Part shown: positions 18,821-29,452 of the stretch, piece by piece | Numbering within the stretch: position 1 is the first letter of the stretch | Layout: each line of letters begins with the position of its first letter | Origin: an uncultured virus (IMG/VR IMGVR_UViG_3300023236_000004) | Lineage: Duplodnaviria > Heunggongvirae > Uroviricota > Caudoviricetes | IMG/VR virus record: IMGVR_UViG_3300023236_000004 | Direction: 5' to 3' (one strand) | Length of the DNA: 61,880 nt | The notes under the pieces: model-generated | Databases searched by the model: none | Seen by the model: only the letters and a program-made list of their open reading frames with translations | Told to the model about the DNA's origin: nothing | Made by a program: the position numbers and the translations under genes

Positions 18821-19616
18821 AGGTGTAGTATTTTTTGCTCATAACACTGTTGATGTTGACTATGTTCGTATCGCAGACCTTTCTGCACGGTTAGTAGAAC
18901 AACATCTCAACTTGCCTATCACGCTAGTAACTGACACAGAGTCACAGCCCAAGCATAATTATGACAATGTTGTGCGTGTCAACTACACAGGCAACAACTT
19001 TAGAAACGACCATATATCTAAAGAAGTAAAGCAGTGGAAGAATCACGGTCGTTATACTGCATACGAACATAGTCCATACGATAACACACTGCTGATAGAC
19101 ACAGACTACTTGGTGTTAGACGACGGTTTATTAAAGTTAATGGAACTGGACTATGATTATCGTGTTATGGAACACAGCAACAGTAGTGCAGAAACCATGC
19201 CAGCACGTATGGGGCAAGTAAGTTTGCCTTACTTGTGGGCTACTGTGGTAATGTTTAGAAAATGCCCACGCAGTGAGCTGTTCTTTAATCTAATAGGACG
19301 TATACAGCGCAACTGGGCTTATTACAGAAACCTGTTTATGGTAGACGGTACAAGTTATCGCAATGATTATTCGTTTGCTATGGCTAACACAATACTAAAT
19401 GGATATTGTTCCACGTCTAAGAACATTATTCCGTGGAAGATGTTTACTGTGGTGCAAGAAGTTGTGCGCATGGACACAAATTTAAAAGACAAGATTATTG
19501 TGCGACTCAAAGATTTAGCAATCACCATACCAAAGCACAATGTACATATTATGGACAAGAACTTTTTAGTCAGTGATGCGTTTGAAGAGTTTGTTGAGGA
19601 AATACTTGATGTTTGA
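18771..19616 (+). CDS. GT-A fold glycosyltransferase-like protein (GT8-like)
   Basis: 'SPYDNTLLIDTDY' carries a DxD motif; also 'WATVVMF' and 'RNDYSF'. The start may instead be the ATG at 18792. Confidence 0.65.
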   Translation: MTGINNIMNSDDSAESKGVVFFAHNTVDVDYVRIADLSARLVEQHLNLPITLVTDTESQPKHNYDNVVRVNYTGNNFRNDHISKEVKQWKNHGRYTAYEHSPYDNTLLIDTDYLVLDDGLLKLMELDYDYRVMEHSNSSAETMPARMGQVSLPYLWATVVMFRKCPRSELFFNLIGRIQRNWAYYRNLFMVDGTSYRNDYSFAMANTILNGYCSTSKNIIPWKMFTVVQEVVRMDTNLKDKIIVRLKDLAITIPKHNVHIMDKNFLVSDAFEEFVEEILDV

Positions 19617-20430
19617 TCACAAAGAACAGCAAGGGTTCATGACCCTGGCAATTGGTGCAGACTATTTGAAAATGGCATACTTGCAAGCACTTAGTATAAA
19701 GTTAGTAATGCCCGATGCACGATATTGTGTAGCAGTGGACCCAACTACACAAGAGTTGATTACAGACAAGCAGAGCCTGGTGTTTGATTATGTTAGAACT
19801 GTAAATGCGACTGACTGGCCTATGGAACGTGAACCAGACCTATTTTCATGTTCACCTTTTAAAGAAACAATTAAGGTAGAAGCGGATTTGTTGTTCACAC
19901 GCAATGTGGATCACTGGTGGGACGCACTTAGACTGAAACCTGTTGTGCTTGCAACGCATTGCAGGAATCTTCAGGATCAAGTGGTTGTTGACACTGGATA
20001 CAGAAAGTTCTGGGTTGACAACGACTTGCCAAACATCTATAATGGTATGATGTATTTTAGATTTACACGTGAGGCAACTGAATTTTTCCAACTTGCTCGC
20101 ACTTTGTATAAACACTATAATCATATTAGAGATAACGTGTTGATAAACTGCAGGGAAGAACGTCCTAGCACTGATGTTATATACGCACTTGCCGCTAAGA
20201 TGTATGGCGTTGAAAATTGCACAATGCCCAGTTTAGATTACTTCAACTTTGTTCATATGAAACCACACATACAAGGATGGGCAGGGTCAAGTAAATGGAC
20301 AGACACAGTTATGTGTGAAACAGACCCACCAGTAATCAGGATCAACAACATTAATCAACTTAACCCTGTACACTATCATGTAAAAGAATGGTGCACAGCA
20401 GAACTTATTGAACAGTATGAACGAGCTTGA
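19609..20430 (+). CDS. GT-A fold glycosyltransferase-like protein (GT8-like), paralog of the previous gene
   Basis: 'YLKMAYLQALSIK', 'SPFKETIKVEADLLF' (ExD variant), 'YNGMMYF', 'STDVIYA', 'FVHMK'; GAGGA RBS before the ATG at 19609. Confidence 0.65.
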   Translation: MFDHKEQQGFMTLAIGADYLKMAYLQALSIKLVMPDARYCVAVDPTTQELITDKQSLVFDYVRTVNATDWPMEREPDLFSCSPFKETIKVEADLLFTRNVDHWWDALRLKPVVLATHCRNLQDQVVVDTGYRKFWVDNDLPNIYNGMMYFRFTREATEFFQLARTLYKHYNHIRDNVLINCREERPSTDVIYALAAKMYGVENCTMPSLDYFNFVHMKPHIQGWAGSSKWTDTVMCETDPPVIRINNINQLNPVHYHVKEWCTAELIEQYERA

Positions 20431-20776
20431 AAAGTTTTTAGCAGAAGTTAATGCACTGGTTGGTACTCCTAAAGAAATAGTAAAGGAGTACAGAGTATAC
20501 CATGATCTCAATGGAGAGATTGTAGGCCAGTCAATGACTGAGCCGCACCTTGAAGGTGATTATATTGTTGTCGAACAAGACGAATACGAAAACATGCACA
20601 AGTACGCACGAGTAAAAGATGGTGAACTAAAAGTAAAAGTGTTCAACCCAGGATATAAAAGACAATTGGTACACGGTGAAGGTGATTTTCAAGTAGTAAA
20701 GAACCACGCAGGCTTATTGTTAGAGCAAGATGAAACCCACAACAACACAGAATATTATGGATACACAGATTATTGA
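20417..20776 (+). CDS. Hypothetical protein
   Basis: Translationally coupled ORF within the operon. Confidence 0.6.
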   Translation: MNELEKFLAEVNALVGTPKEIVKEYRVYHDLNGEIVGQSMTEPHLEGDYIVVEQDEYENMHKYARVKDGELKVKVFNPGYKRQLVHGEGDFQVVKNHAGLLLEQDETHNNTEYYGYTDY

Positions 20777-21686
20777 CATAGCAGACTTGGATTGCATCTA
20801 TCTAAGTTATGACGAACCAAAGAAGGAAGAGTTCTGGATACAAATACAGAACATGGTACCTTGGGCGGATCGTGTTGACGGAGTAGAAGGGTCAGATGCC
20901 GCACACAAAGCCGCAGCCGCTCTGAGCAACACAGAATGGTTTGTGCTGATCGATGGTGATAACTTACCTGATCCTGACTTCTTTAACCTACAGTTGGAAA
21001 TAGAACCTGCGTTCGAAGGTGGCGCATTCCGTTGGAAAGCTAAGAACACGATCAATGGACTACGTTACGGCAACGGCGGACTAAGTGTTTGGTCACGTAC
21101 ATTTGTTAACAACATGCAAACACACGAAGCCAGTGATGGCAGTGACGACACAGCAGTGGAGTTTTGTTTTGATCCCAAGTACATAGCAATGCACAACTGC
21201 TACAGTACAACATACCCAAACGGCACACCCAAGCAAGCATGGCGAGCAGGATTTAGAGAAGGTGTAAAGATGTGTTTGGATCGTGGTGCAAAGCCAACAC
21301 TGGTAGAGTTTGAAAAGAAAGTAAACAATCGCAACTATGATCATTTGTGTATTTGGCAAAGTGTAGGCATGGATGTTGAGAATGGTGTGTGGGCAATGTA
21401 TGGCGCACGACTTGGTACTTACATGACCATGTTAGAAGACTGGCCTTACAAGCGTGTACAAGACTTTGCTGAATTAGAAAAGTTATGGGAGTCAGTTAAA
21501 GACAACGACCCAATGGAGCATAACGCAAATTTAGAAACAGCACTCACAAAACGGCTAGGTTTACCTATTGTTACACTAGATGCACAACAGAGCAAGTTTT
21601 TCAAACATCATTATGGTGCTACACTACGCAATGCTGAGGTAATGACCACAGAGATAAGTGTTATTAGGAAACAGGAAGGCTGGTAA
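20757..21686 (+). CDS. Glycosyltransferase-like protein (GT-A, DGD motif)
   Basis: 'DCIYLSYDEP', 'AAHKAAA...TEWFVLIDGDN', 'NGLRYGNGG', 'AWRAGFREGVKM'. Confidence 0.65.
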   Translation: MDTQIIDIADLDCIYLSYDEPKKEEFWIQIQNMVPWADRVDGVEGSDAAHKAAAALSNTEWFVLIDGDNLPDPDFFNLQLEIEPAFEGGAFRWKAKNTINGLRYGNGGLSVWSRTFVNNMQTHEASDGSDDTAVEFCFDPKYIAMHNCYSTTYPNGTPKQAWRAGFREGVKMCLDRGAKPTLVEFEKKVNNRNYDHLCIWQSVGMDVENGVWAMYGARLGTYMTMLEDWPYKRVQDFAELEKLWESVKDNDPMEHNANLETALTKRLGLPIVTLDAQQSKFFKHHYGATLRNAEVMTTEISVIRKQEGW

Positions 21687-23071
21687 TGGCTAAATCAGTT
21701 TTTATGAATAGCGCAGAACAGATGCGTGACAAACTTGGAAACGGAATGTGCCTTGCCAAATGGCAACAGGTAAGTCTGCACTTGCCTACAGGGTTGAACA
21801 ACAGTTGTTATCATCCGCCACTGCACCAAATAGATGCCGCTGAACTAAAAGATAATCCTAGCGCACTGCACAATACCAAGCACAAAAAAGAACAACGCAA
21901 AATAATGATCAAGCAGGAACGTCCAAACGAATGTAGTTATTGTTGGACACAAGAAGACATGGGTAACCTTAGTGATAGACATTATCGCTCAGGCGAGCCT
22001 TGGGCCGCAGAACACTTTGACCGTATAATGGAGAGCACTGGCGATGAAGATGAAATACCGAGTTATGTGGAAGTCAATTTTAACAACGCTTGTAATCTTA
22101 AGTGTAGTTACTGTAGCCCTCAGTTTAGCAGTACTTGGGCTGACGAAATAAAAAGATTTGGCGCATACCCAACCAGCAAACCACACAATGCCCCGGAACA
22201 CTTTGCAGGCAGACGTAGACCTATCCCTGCTCGCGAAGAGAATCCGTATGTGGAAGCATTTTGGAAATGGTGGCCCGAACTGTATCCTAAACTAAAACAC
22301 TTTAGGATGACTGGCGGCGAACCACTTATGGATCGTAACACATTCAAAGTGTTTGATTATGTGTTGGCGTTTCCCAAGCCTGATCTGCACATAGATGTTA
22401 CCAGTAACTTTAGTGTAGATGAAAAGTTGTGGATCCAATACTTAAATTATGTAGAAAAACTATGTAACAGCAACATAGAACACTTTATGCAGTATGTTAG
22501 TATTGATACTGGCATAGCAGAACATGCACATTATATCAGATACGGTGCAGACTATCAGAAGATTATAAAGCGGTGTGACAGTTTCCTTACTCAGATTCCG
22601 TACCGAAATAGTTTAACGTTTATTATAACAATGAATAATCTAAACATATTAGGTTTACAGGATCTATTGCAAGAAATATTGCGTTTACGAGCAACTCAGA
22701 GTCATACATACCAACGTGTTTGGTTTGACACTCCCATACTGCGCCAGCCAACTTGGCAAAGTTTGCAGATACTCCCGCCTGTGTATGCAGACAGGTTAGC
22801 GGGCATTATAGAGTGGATGGAATTACATCGCGAAACAGAAGAAAACATGTATGTTGGATTTAAAGATTATGAAATAGCACGTATGCACAGAGTTCTAGAT
22901 TGGATGCGCGAAGGTAGCAAATTAACACCAGAGTATGTTATAATGCAACGTGCAGACTTTTATAGATTTTTTAACGAGCAAGACAAACGTAGTAAGACTA
23001 ACTTTTTAGCAACGTTCCCACAAATGAAAGAGTTTTGGGAAGAATGCAGGTACCACGCACACAATGAATAA
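21686..23071 (+). CDS. Radical SAM enzyme 1 with N-terminal Twitch/SPASM-like domain
   Basis: CNLKCSYC motif, TGGEP, and N-terminal C..KW...CYH...CSYC. Confidence 0.9.
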   Translation: MAKSVFMNSAEQMRDKLGNGMCLAKWQQVSLHLPTGLNNSCYHPPLHQIDAAELKDNPSALHNTKHKKEQRKIMIKQERPNECSYCWTQEDMGNLSDRHYRSGEPWAAEHFDRIMESTGDEDEIPSYVEVNFNNACNLKCSYCSPQFSSTWADEIKRFGAYPTSKPHNAPEHFAGRRRPIPAREENPYVEAFWKWWPELYPKLKHFRMTGGEPLMDRNTFKVFDYVLAFPKPDLHIDVTSNFSVDEKLWIQYLNYVEKLCNSNIEHFMQYVSIDTGIAEHAHYIRYGADYQKIIKRCDSFLTQIPYRNSLTFIITMNNLNILGLQDLLQEILRLRATQSHTYQRVWFDTPILRQPTWQSLQILPPVYADRLAGIIEWMELHRETEENMYVGFKDYEIARMHRVLDWMREGSKLTPEYVIMQRADFYRFFNEQDKRSKTNFLATFPQMKEFWEECRYHAHNE

Positions 23072-24326
23072 AATATTTCCTATAAAAACAGAAACTGCTT
23101 GCCGTCTGAAATGGGGATGGAGCACCATATATCTCAGTTTAGGCGAAACAGCAAGTTGTCATCGTTGCAACCGACATGAATTTGATTTAGATACATTTGA
23201 TTTTCATAATACAGAAGAGAAAGTTAAATCAAGGGAAATGATGCTAGAAGGCAAGTGGCCTGGCCAAGGATGCGAATACTGCAGAGACATAGAACAAGCA
23301 GGAGGCGAGAGCGATAGAACAACAAATCTGGCAATGCCCGGCGTCCCAACTCCCCCTGAACTCAAGGACAATCCGATAGCAACCAGTGTGACACCTACAG
23401 TGTTGGAAGTTTATTTCAGCAACTTGTGTAATCAAAAATGTCTATACTGTTCAGAACTTTTCAGCTCTATGTGGGCAGAAGAAAACTTCAAGCATGTCGG
23501 GCAATACACAAGTCAAAAGTGGAGTTATTCGAGACATGGCGTAATTTTTAAGAATGCAAATAGCTTCGATGCCAACAAGCAAAAGGTATACGATTGGTTA
23601 AAGAACGAAGGGCATAATTTAAGCCAGTTTAACTTTTTAGGTGGAGAACCTTTATTTCAAAAAGAATTTATAGAATGTTTGGATATATTTGATCAATACC
23701 CCAGTCCGAAACTTACACTACAAATTTTTACCAATCTTAGTGTTAAGAAAGATAGATTAGTTGAAATTATAAGTAAAGTAGAGAAATTAATAGCAAAAAG
23801 AAAAATAGGTGGGTTTCAAGTTACAGCAAGTTTGGACAATTGGGGGCCGGAAGCCGAGTATGTTAGATTTCCGTTAGATTTAAAACAATGGGAAGAAAAC
23901 TTTTTGTACATATTGTCTAAGAAGTATATTAACTTAGTTATTAACTCAACACTTACTCCAATGACTATAAAAACTTATCCTATATTACTTGAAAAAGTTA
24001 GGGAATGGTCTAAGGTTAGAAAGATTTACTTGTATCAAAACTCTGTAAATGATCCTACTAATCAAAGAATAGACATATTCGGAAACATATTCGAAGAAGA
24101 CTTTCAAAAGGCATTGGCATTAAAGCCTGTTGACACAGAGGAAGAACAGCTTAGTAAAGACTACTTAGATGGATTAAGAAAGCAAAGCAACAGCAAAGAA
24201 CCGAATGTCAAGGAAATAACAAGTTTGTTTCACTTTTTAAATGATATTGATTTGAGAAGAAACATAAATTGGAGGAAAACCTTTCCTTGGCTAGTTGCCG
24301 AATTTGGAAAATATAATTTAAAATGA
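23064..24326 (+). CDS. Radical SAM enzyme 2 with N-terminal Twitch/SPASM-like domain
   Basis: CNQKCLYC, LGGEP, and N-terminal CRLKW...CHRC...CEYC. Confidence 0.9.
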   Translation: MNKIFPIKTETACRLKWGWSTIYLSLGETASCHRCNRHEFDLDTFDFHNTEEKVKSREMMLEGKWPGQGCEYCRDIEQAGGESDRTTNLAMPGVPTPPELKDNPIATSVTPTVLEVYFSNLCNQKCLYCSELFSSMWAEENFKHVGQYTSQKWSYSRHGVIFKNANSFDANKQKVYDWLKNEGHNLSQFNFLGGEPLFQKEFIECLDIFDQYPSPKLTLQIFTNLSVKKDRLVEIISKVEKLIAKRKIGGFQVTASLDNWGPEAEYVRFPLDLKQWEENFLYILSKKYINLVINSTLTPMTIKTYPILLEKVREWSKVRKIYLYQNSVNDPTNQRIDIFGNIFEEDFQKALALKPVDTEEEQLSKDYLDGLRKQSNSKEPNVKEITSLFHFLNDIDLRRNINWRKTFPWLVAEFGKYNLK

Positions 24327-25666
24327 ATGATTTAGAATTTAAACAACAAATATTAGACACAAAGTCAGCGAGCTTTTGTGGAGCAAAATGGTATAACGCT
24401 ACTATATGGCTTGGTAGTGGCATGAGTACCAGTTGTCATCATCCACCAGCACACAAAGTTGATATTGAAGAAGTTAAGCGTAATCCCAAAGCAATACACA
24501 ACACGCCCGAAAAGAAGCAAGACAGGGCGCAGATGCAGGCAGGAGAACGTCCGCCAGGTTGTGAGTACTGCTGGAAGATTGAAGATATCAAACGTGATAA
24601 CATTTCTGACCGTGTGTATAAAAGTAAAATATATACTATAAAGGAATTAGACGATGCATATCAATCAGATGCAACAGGAGACGTGGACTTACGAACTTTG
24701 GAAATCAGTTTCGATAGGACTTGTCAATTTGCTTGCAGTTATTGCAACCCTGCTTTTAGTAGTACATGGGTTAAGGATATCAAATCAAACGGAAGTTATA
24801 CTGGGCTTGTTTCTGACGGGCGTAATCATTTTACCCATGCTCATGACAGTGCGCAGTTGTACAAATTCGGCGAGGAAAATCCTTATGTTGAGGCGTTCTT
24901 CAAGTGGTGGGAATCAGACCTACACCGAACGCTAGACGAACTACGCATTACAGGTGGCGAACCACTAATGAGTGGCTACACCTGGAAACTTATAGACTGG
25001 TTTAAACAAAACAAAGGCAAGAGTAAAACACGCTTGGCGATTAACAGTAACTTAGGTAAGGATATAGATGTAGATAGATTGTTCGACAGTGTAGACCAAC
25101 CTATAGACCTATATACTAGCAACGAAAGTTGGGATAAACAAGCAGAGTATATACGTGACGGCCTGGAATGGGAACTGTGGTGTGATAACATAAACAAAGT
25201 ACTAAAAGTACATAGAAATAAATTGCGTGGGTTACATGTAATGTGTACAATTAATGCATTGTGTTTGGAAAGTCTGACTGCCTTTTTAGATTTATTAGTT
25301 GGATGGAAATCAAAACACGGTAAACATGCTGTAAGTTTTACACTTAATATCTTACGCTTCCCTAGTTTCCAAAGTCCGTTGGTGTTCCCTGAAGAAATTA
25401 GAATTAAACACAAAGAACGTTTACGCACATGGTTGGATTATCAAACGGCACGACCAATTGGGCAGTTGTTGCATGAACATGAGATTAACCACATCATACG
25501 ATTAATTGATTACTTGGATGTAGTAGAAACACCACATTCAGACACATTCGACATGCCCAAACTACACAACGACTTTAAACAGTTTCACGAACAGTATGAC
25601 AAACGCAGAGGAAAGAACTTGACAGAGACTTTTCCAGAACTAGCAGATTGGTACAATGGACTCTAA
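24323..25666 (+). CDS. Radical SAM enzyme 3 with N-terminal Twitch/SPASM-like domain
   Basis: CQFACSYC, TGGEP, and N-terminal CGAKW...CHHP...CEYC; closest paralog of enzyme 1. Confidence 0.9.
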   Translation: MNDLEFKQQILDTKSASFCGAKWYNATIWLGSGMSTSCHHPPAHKVDIEEVKRNPKAIHNTPEKKQDRAQMQAGERPPGCEYCWKIEDIKRDNISDRVYKSKIYTIKELDDAYQSDATGDVDLRTLEISFDRTCQFACSYCNPAFSSTWVKDIKSNGSYTGLVSDGRNHFTHAHDSAQLYKFGEENPYVEAFFKWWESDLHRTLDELRITGGEPLMSGYTWKLIDWFKQNKGKSKTRLAINSNLGKDIDVDRLFDSVDQPIDLYTSNESWDKQAEYIRDGLEWELWCDNINKVLKVHRNKLRGLHVMCTINALCLESLTAFLDLLVGWKSKHGKHAVSFTLNILRFPSFQSPLVFPEEIRIKHKERLRTWLDYQTARPIGQLLHEHEINHIIRLIDYLDVVETPHSDTFDMPKLHNDFKQFHEQYDKRRGKNLTETFPELADWYNGL

Positions 25667-26984
25667 AAAATTTTACAACAAAGGCTACGACTACATGAGT
25701 CGCAAGCCGTACTTTGCAGAACTAGAAGACTTGACTGAGAAACAAACAGACTTGTTAATGGACAGCAAAACGTTTTGCATGTTGCCCTGGATGCACATGC
25801 ATGCATTTCCAGATGGCAGAGCATATCCTTGTTGTCTAAGTGATTATTGGCATCCTGTAGGTGACTTACGCAAGCATACTATGGAAGAGGTATGGAATCA
25901 AGACGATTACAAAACAATGCGTACAAATATGCTTGCAGGTAAAGAGTGTAAAGAATGTACCAAGTGTTACGAGCAAGAACAACACGGTGCATTTAGTATG
26001 CGCAACGATTCAAACAGAAACTACGGTCATCACATAGCAGAAGCAGAGCAGACTAATGCAGATGGTTCTGTAGATGATTTTAAAATACGCTACTGGGACG
26101 TTAGGTTCAGTAACCTGTGTAACTTTAGCTGTAGAAGTTGTGGTCCTATCTTTAGCAGTAATTGGTATAATGACCATGTAAAACTGTATAATCGTAAGCC
26201 AGATGTACTGGGTAGGGACATGGCACGAGTAGAGTATACTGCGGGCAACGAAGACAGTATGTTGGAACAAATGGAACAGCATATTCCACATTTAGAGCAG
26301 GTGTATTTTGCAGGTGGCGAACCACTTATAATGAAAGAACATTATTATCTATTAGACAAACTAATAGAGTACGGTAAGACAGATGTGCGAATACAGTACA
26401 ATACAAACTTTAGCGAAATGCGTTATAAAAACAAACATGTATTCGATTACTGGCAACATTTTACGAATGTTAGTGTTGGCGCCAGTTTAGATGCTAGTGG
26501 TGCTAGAGCAGAGCTTATGCGCAAAGGCACAGATTGGAAACAAACAGTTGAGAACAGACAACGCATGTTAAAAGAAGTACCGCATGTGGACTTTTATGTA
26601 AGCGCAACCGTGAGTGCAATGAACGTGCTACACGTGCCAGACTTTCACAAAGAGTGGGTAGAGTTAGGGCTAATTGAAGCAAAAGACTGGAATATTAATA
26701 TATGTCAGTCACCAGACTGGTACAGACCAGATATATTTACAACGGAATTTAAAAAGAATGTTATAACGCCCAAGTACAAAGAACATATTGCATGGTTAGA
26801 CCCGCAGGACAGTTTACGTCGTGCCATTAATGGCTATGAGAGTGTGTTGAGTTTATTACAAGGACAAGATAACAACAAGCAGTGGCCTGAGTTTGAGCAA
26901 CAAATTGCAAAATTAGATGTTATAAGAAACGAAAACTTCTGGGACACATTCCCTGAGTACAAGGAACTAAATGGAACTTCCTAA
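25656..26984 (+). CDS. Radical SAM enzyme 4 with N-terminal Twitch/SPASM-like domain
   Basis: CNFSCRSC, AGGEP, and N-terminal CMLPW...PCC...CTKC. Confidence 0.9.
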   Translation: MDSKKFYNKGYDYMSRKPYFAELEDLTEKQTDLLMDSKTFCMLPWMHMHAFPDGRAYPCCLSDYWHPVGDLRKHTMEEVWNQDDYKTMRTNMLAGKECKECTKCYEQEQHGAFSMRNDSNRNYGHHIAEAEQTNADGSVDDFKIRYWDVRFSNLCNFSCRSCGPIFSSNWYNDHVKLYNRKPDVLGRDMARVEYTAGNEDSMLEQMEQHIPHLEQVYFAGGEPLIMKEHYYLLDKLIEYGKTDVRIQYNTNFSEMRYKNKHVFDYWQHFTNVSVGASLDASGARAELMRKGTDWKQTVENRQRMLKEVPHVDFYVSATVSAMNVLHVPDFHKEWVELGLIEAKDWNINICQSPDWYRPDIFTTEFKKNVITPKYKEHIAWLDPQDSLRRAINGYESVLSLLQGQDNNKQWPEFEQQIAKLDVIRNENFWDTFPEYKELNGTS

Positions 26985-28176
26985 AACAATATGCATGCTA
27001 CCTTGGATTAGCATAGAAGCTAGTCCAATTGGATCCGCAAGACCTTGCTGTTTGGCAATAGACGAAATAACAGATGAGTCAGGCGAAAAGTATGACTTAA
27101 ACAAAGACAATTTGCAGACAATATACAACAGCAAGTACATGCAAGACTTACGGCAACAATTTAGAAATGGTGAGAAACCAGAGACCTGCACACGCTGTTG
27201 GCAAGAAGAAGCCGCAGGCCGTGCAAGCAAACGCATACACAGTAGGATCCGACTAAAAGAGTTTGTTGACAAAGTAGACTATGCTAACGACAAACCAGAC
27301 CAATTATGGTTTGTGGATTTAAAGCTGGGGAACATTTGTAACCTAAAGTGTCGTATATGCGGAAGTTGGAGCAGTAGTAAATGGGCACAAGAAGAAATAG
27401 ATTATATACCCGAATTGAAGAACAAAAAGAGCCACTTGGCATACAAGTTCTTGCAACAAGGACAATGGCCAAGAAAGACACAAGCCTTCTGGGACAACCT
27501 ACGTGAACTACTACCCAACATCAAGTATCTAGAATTCACTGGCGGTGAGCCATTTATGATCAAAGAACACTTTGAATTGCTACAGTATGCAGTAGATCAA
27601 GGCTACGCCAAAGACATTGACATACACTACAACACAAACGGTACACAATGGCCAGATGCGTATGAGTTATGGAGTCACTTTAAACGTGTGGATATTGCAT
27701 TCAGTATCGACAACGTAGGCAAGCGTTTTGAATACGAACGCTACGGTGCTAAGTGGAACGAAGTAGAAGACAACATAAGACGTTTTCATAAACTGCGTGA
27801 TCGCAACATAAGAAAAATTACCACACAAGTGTGCATGACCATTAACGCACAAAATGTTTATTACTTAGAAGAACTATGCGAGTGGGTAAACACACAAACG
27901 TTCAATGATCATTACTTTAACATGTTACACGATCCTAAGCACATGTGTATTGATGGATTGACACCAGTAGCAAAACGTATTGTGGTGGAGAAGTTACTTA
28001 ACGGTAAATTCATGCCCAAACATAAAGCAGAAATCATGCGCATTGTAAAATTTATCGAAAATGGTGCAGGAACTGACGGCGAAGAGTTTGTGTTTAAGAT
28101 GCAACAAACTGATAGATATCGTAAAGAAAGTTTTTCAGACACACACCCGGAAATAGCAAAGGCAATGGGGTACTAA
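26971..28176 (+). CDS. Radical SAM enzyme 5 with N-terminal Twitch/SPASM-like domain
   Basis: CNLKCRIC, TGGEP, and N-terminal CMLPW...PCC...CTRC. Confidence 0.9.
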   Translation: MELPKTICMLPWISIEASPIGSARPCCLAIDEITDESGEKYDLNKDNLQTIYNSKYMQDLRQQFRNGEKPETCTRCWQEEAAGRASKRIHSRIRLKEFVDKVDYANDKPDQLWFVDLKLGNICNLKCRICGSWSSSKWAQEEIDYIPELKNKKSHLAYKFLQQGQWPRKTQAFWDNLRELLPNIKYLEFTGGEPFMIKEHFELLQYAVDQGYAKDIDIHYNTNGTQWPDAYELWSHFKRVDIAFSIDNVGKRFEYERYGAKWNEVEDNIRRFHKLRDRNIRKITTQVCMTINAQNVYYLEELCEWVNTQTFNDHYFNMLHDPKHMCIDGLTPVAKRIVVEKLLNGKFMPKHKAEIMRIVKFIENGAGTDGEEFVFKMQQTDRYRKESFSDTHPEIAKAMGY

Positions 28177-28183
28177 CAAGACT

Positions 28184-29452
28184 ATGGAATTAAAGAAAAT
28201 AATAGATAGTAAATCATACAGAAAATTTAAAGGGGCGGATTGGCCTCAGTATGACGATTTTATTAATGACAACTATAGTGTTTCTCCTACCATTGACAAT
28301 GAATTAAGTAATTTTGTTGGCGTAATGGAGGAACATTATAAAGATATAGCATCTAAGTCAACCGAAGAGTTGTCAACATCAATTCAAACACGCCAGGATC
28401 AAGTTTTTTATAACAAATCATATACTGGAACAAACAGGTGCAGGGAACCATGGGAAACAATGGGAGTCAATGAAAACGGGAATGTTTTTTTATGTGCTTG
28501 CTCAAGTTGGATTCCTATTTTCTTAGGCACAGTATTGGATTCAAAAAACATTTACGAAATATTAAATTGCAACCAAGCAAAGAAAATTAGATTCGAGATT
28601 CTTAAAGATAGATATTACTACTGCAATTCTAGTATATGTACGTTTTTCCAGTCTGCTAACCCAGCATCGCACAAAAAAACGTACACTGATAAAGATCAAA
28701 TACCTTTAGAGTTAGACGATCAAGATGATTCAAATCTTTGTGTTACACAAATACCAAAAAATTTAGTTTTTGATTTTGATATTAGCTGTAATTTTAAGTG
28801 TCCGAGTTGTAGAGTAGAATATCAAAATTACAACAATGATCTCATTATAAGACCAATTAATGATACGATATCTGAAAAGATTAAAAAATTGATAATTGAC
28901 GAAATCAAGGACCAACCTATAATTATCAGATGGGCTGGCGGCGAGCCATTTATAAGTGACGTTTATTTAGAACTGCTTGACTACATAATAGATAGTGGTA
29001 AAACAAACATACAGAATATTATACACACAAATGGCAGTGTCCTTATTGCAAAGAAAGACTTAGTGTTGAAGTTACTTCCTTATATCTCAGAGTTACGTAT
29101 AAGTTTTGATGCAGGCTGTGAGCAAACCTATAAACTAACACGAGTTGGCGGACAGTGGGACAACCTATTAAAAAATGTAAAATTTGTTAAAGATCTAATA
29201 GAAGAAAATAATTTTAAAACAAAGTTATCTGCTGACTTTGTAGTACAAAAGAGTAATTATAAAGATCTACCTCTATTTGCTAACCTGTGTAGAGAGTTTG
29301 GATTGTCGATGAATATACAAAAAATGTGGAATTGGGATACCTGGGACAAAGAAGTTTTTTATGACATGAATGTATATGATAGCAAACATTATTTGTACGA
29401 CGATTTAAAAGAATATTTTAAGTTAGCTAATTTACCAATGGCCGAAAATTGA
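28184..29452 (+). CDS. Radical SAM enzyme 6 (divergent subfamily, AT-rich gene)
   Basis: CNFKCPSC, AGGEP, and upstream CREPW...CAC...CNSSIC; lacks the SSxW motif of the other six. Confidence 0.88.
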   Translation: MELKKIIDSKSYRKFKGADWPQYDDFINDNYSVSPTIDNELSNFVGVMEEHYKDIASKSTEELSTSIQTRQDQVFYNKSYTGTNRCREPWETMGVNENGNVFLCACSSWIPIFLGTVLDSKNIYEILNCNQAKKIRFEILKDRYYYCNSSICTFFQSANPASHKKTYTDKDQIPLELDDQDDSNLCVTQIPKNLVFDFDISCNFKCPSCRVEYQNYNNDLIIRPINDTISEKIKKLIIDEIKDQPIIIRWAGGEPFISDVYLELLDYIIDSGKTNIQNIIHTNGSVLIAKKDLVLKLLPYISELRISFDAGCEQTYKLTRVGGQWDNLLKNVKFVKDLIEENNFKTKLSADFVVQKSNYKDLPLFANLCREFGLSMNIQKMWNWDTWDKEVFYDMNVYDSKHYLYDDLKEYFKLANLPMAEN

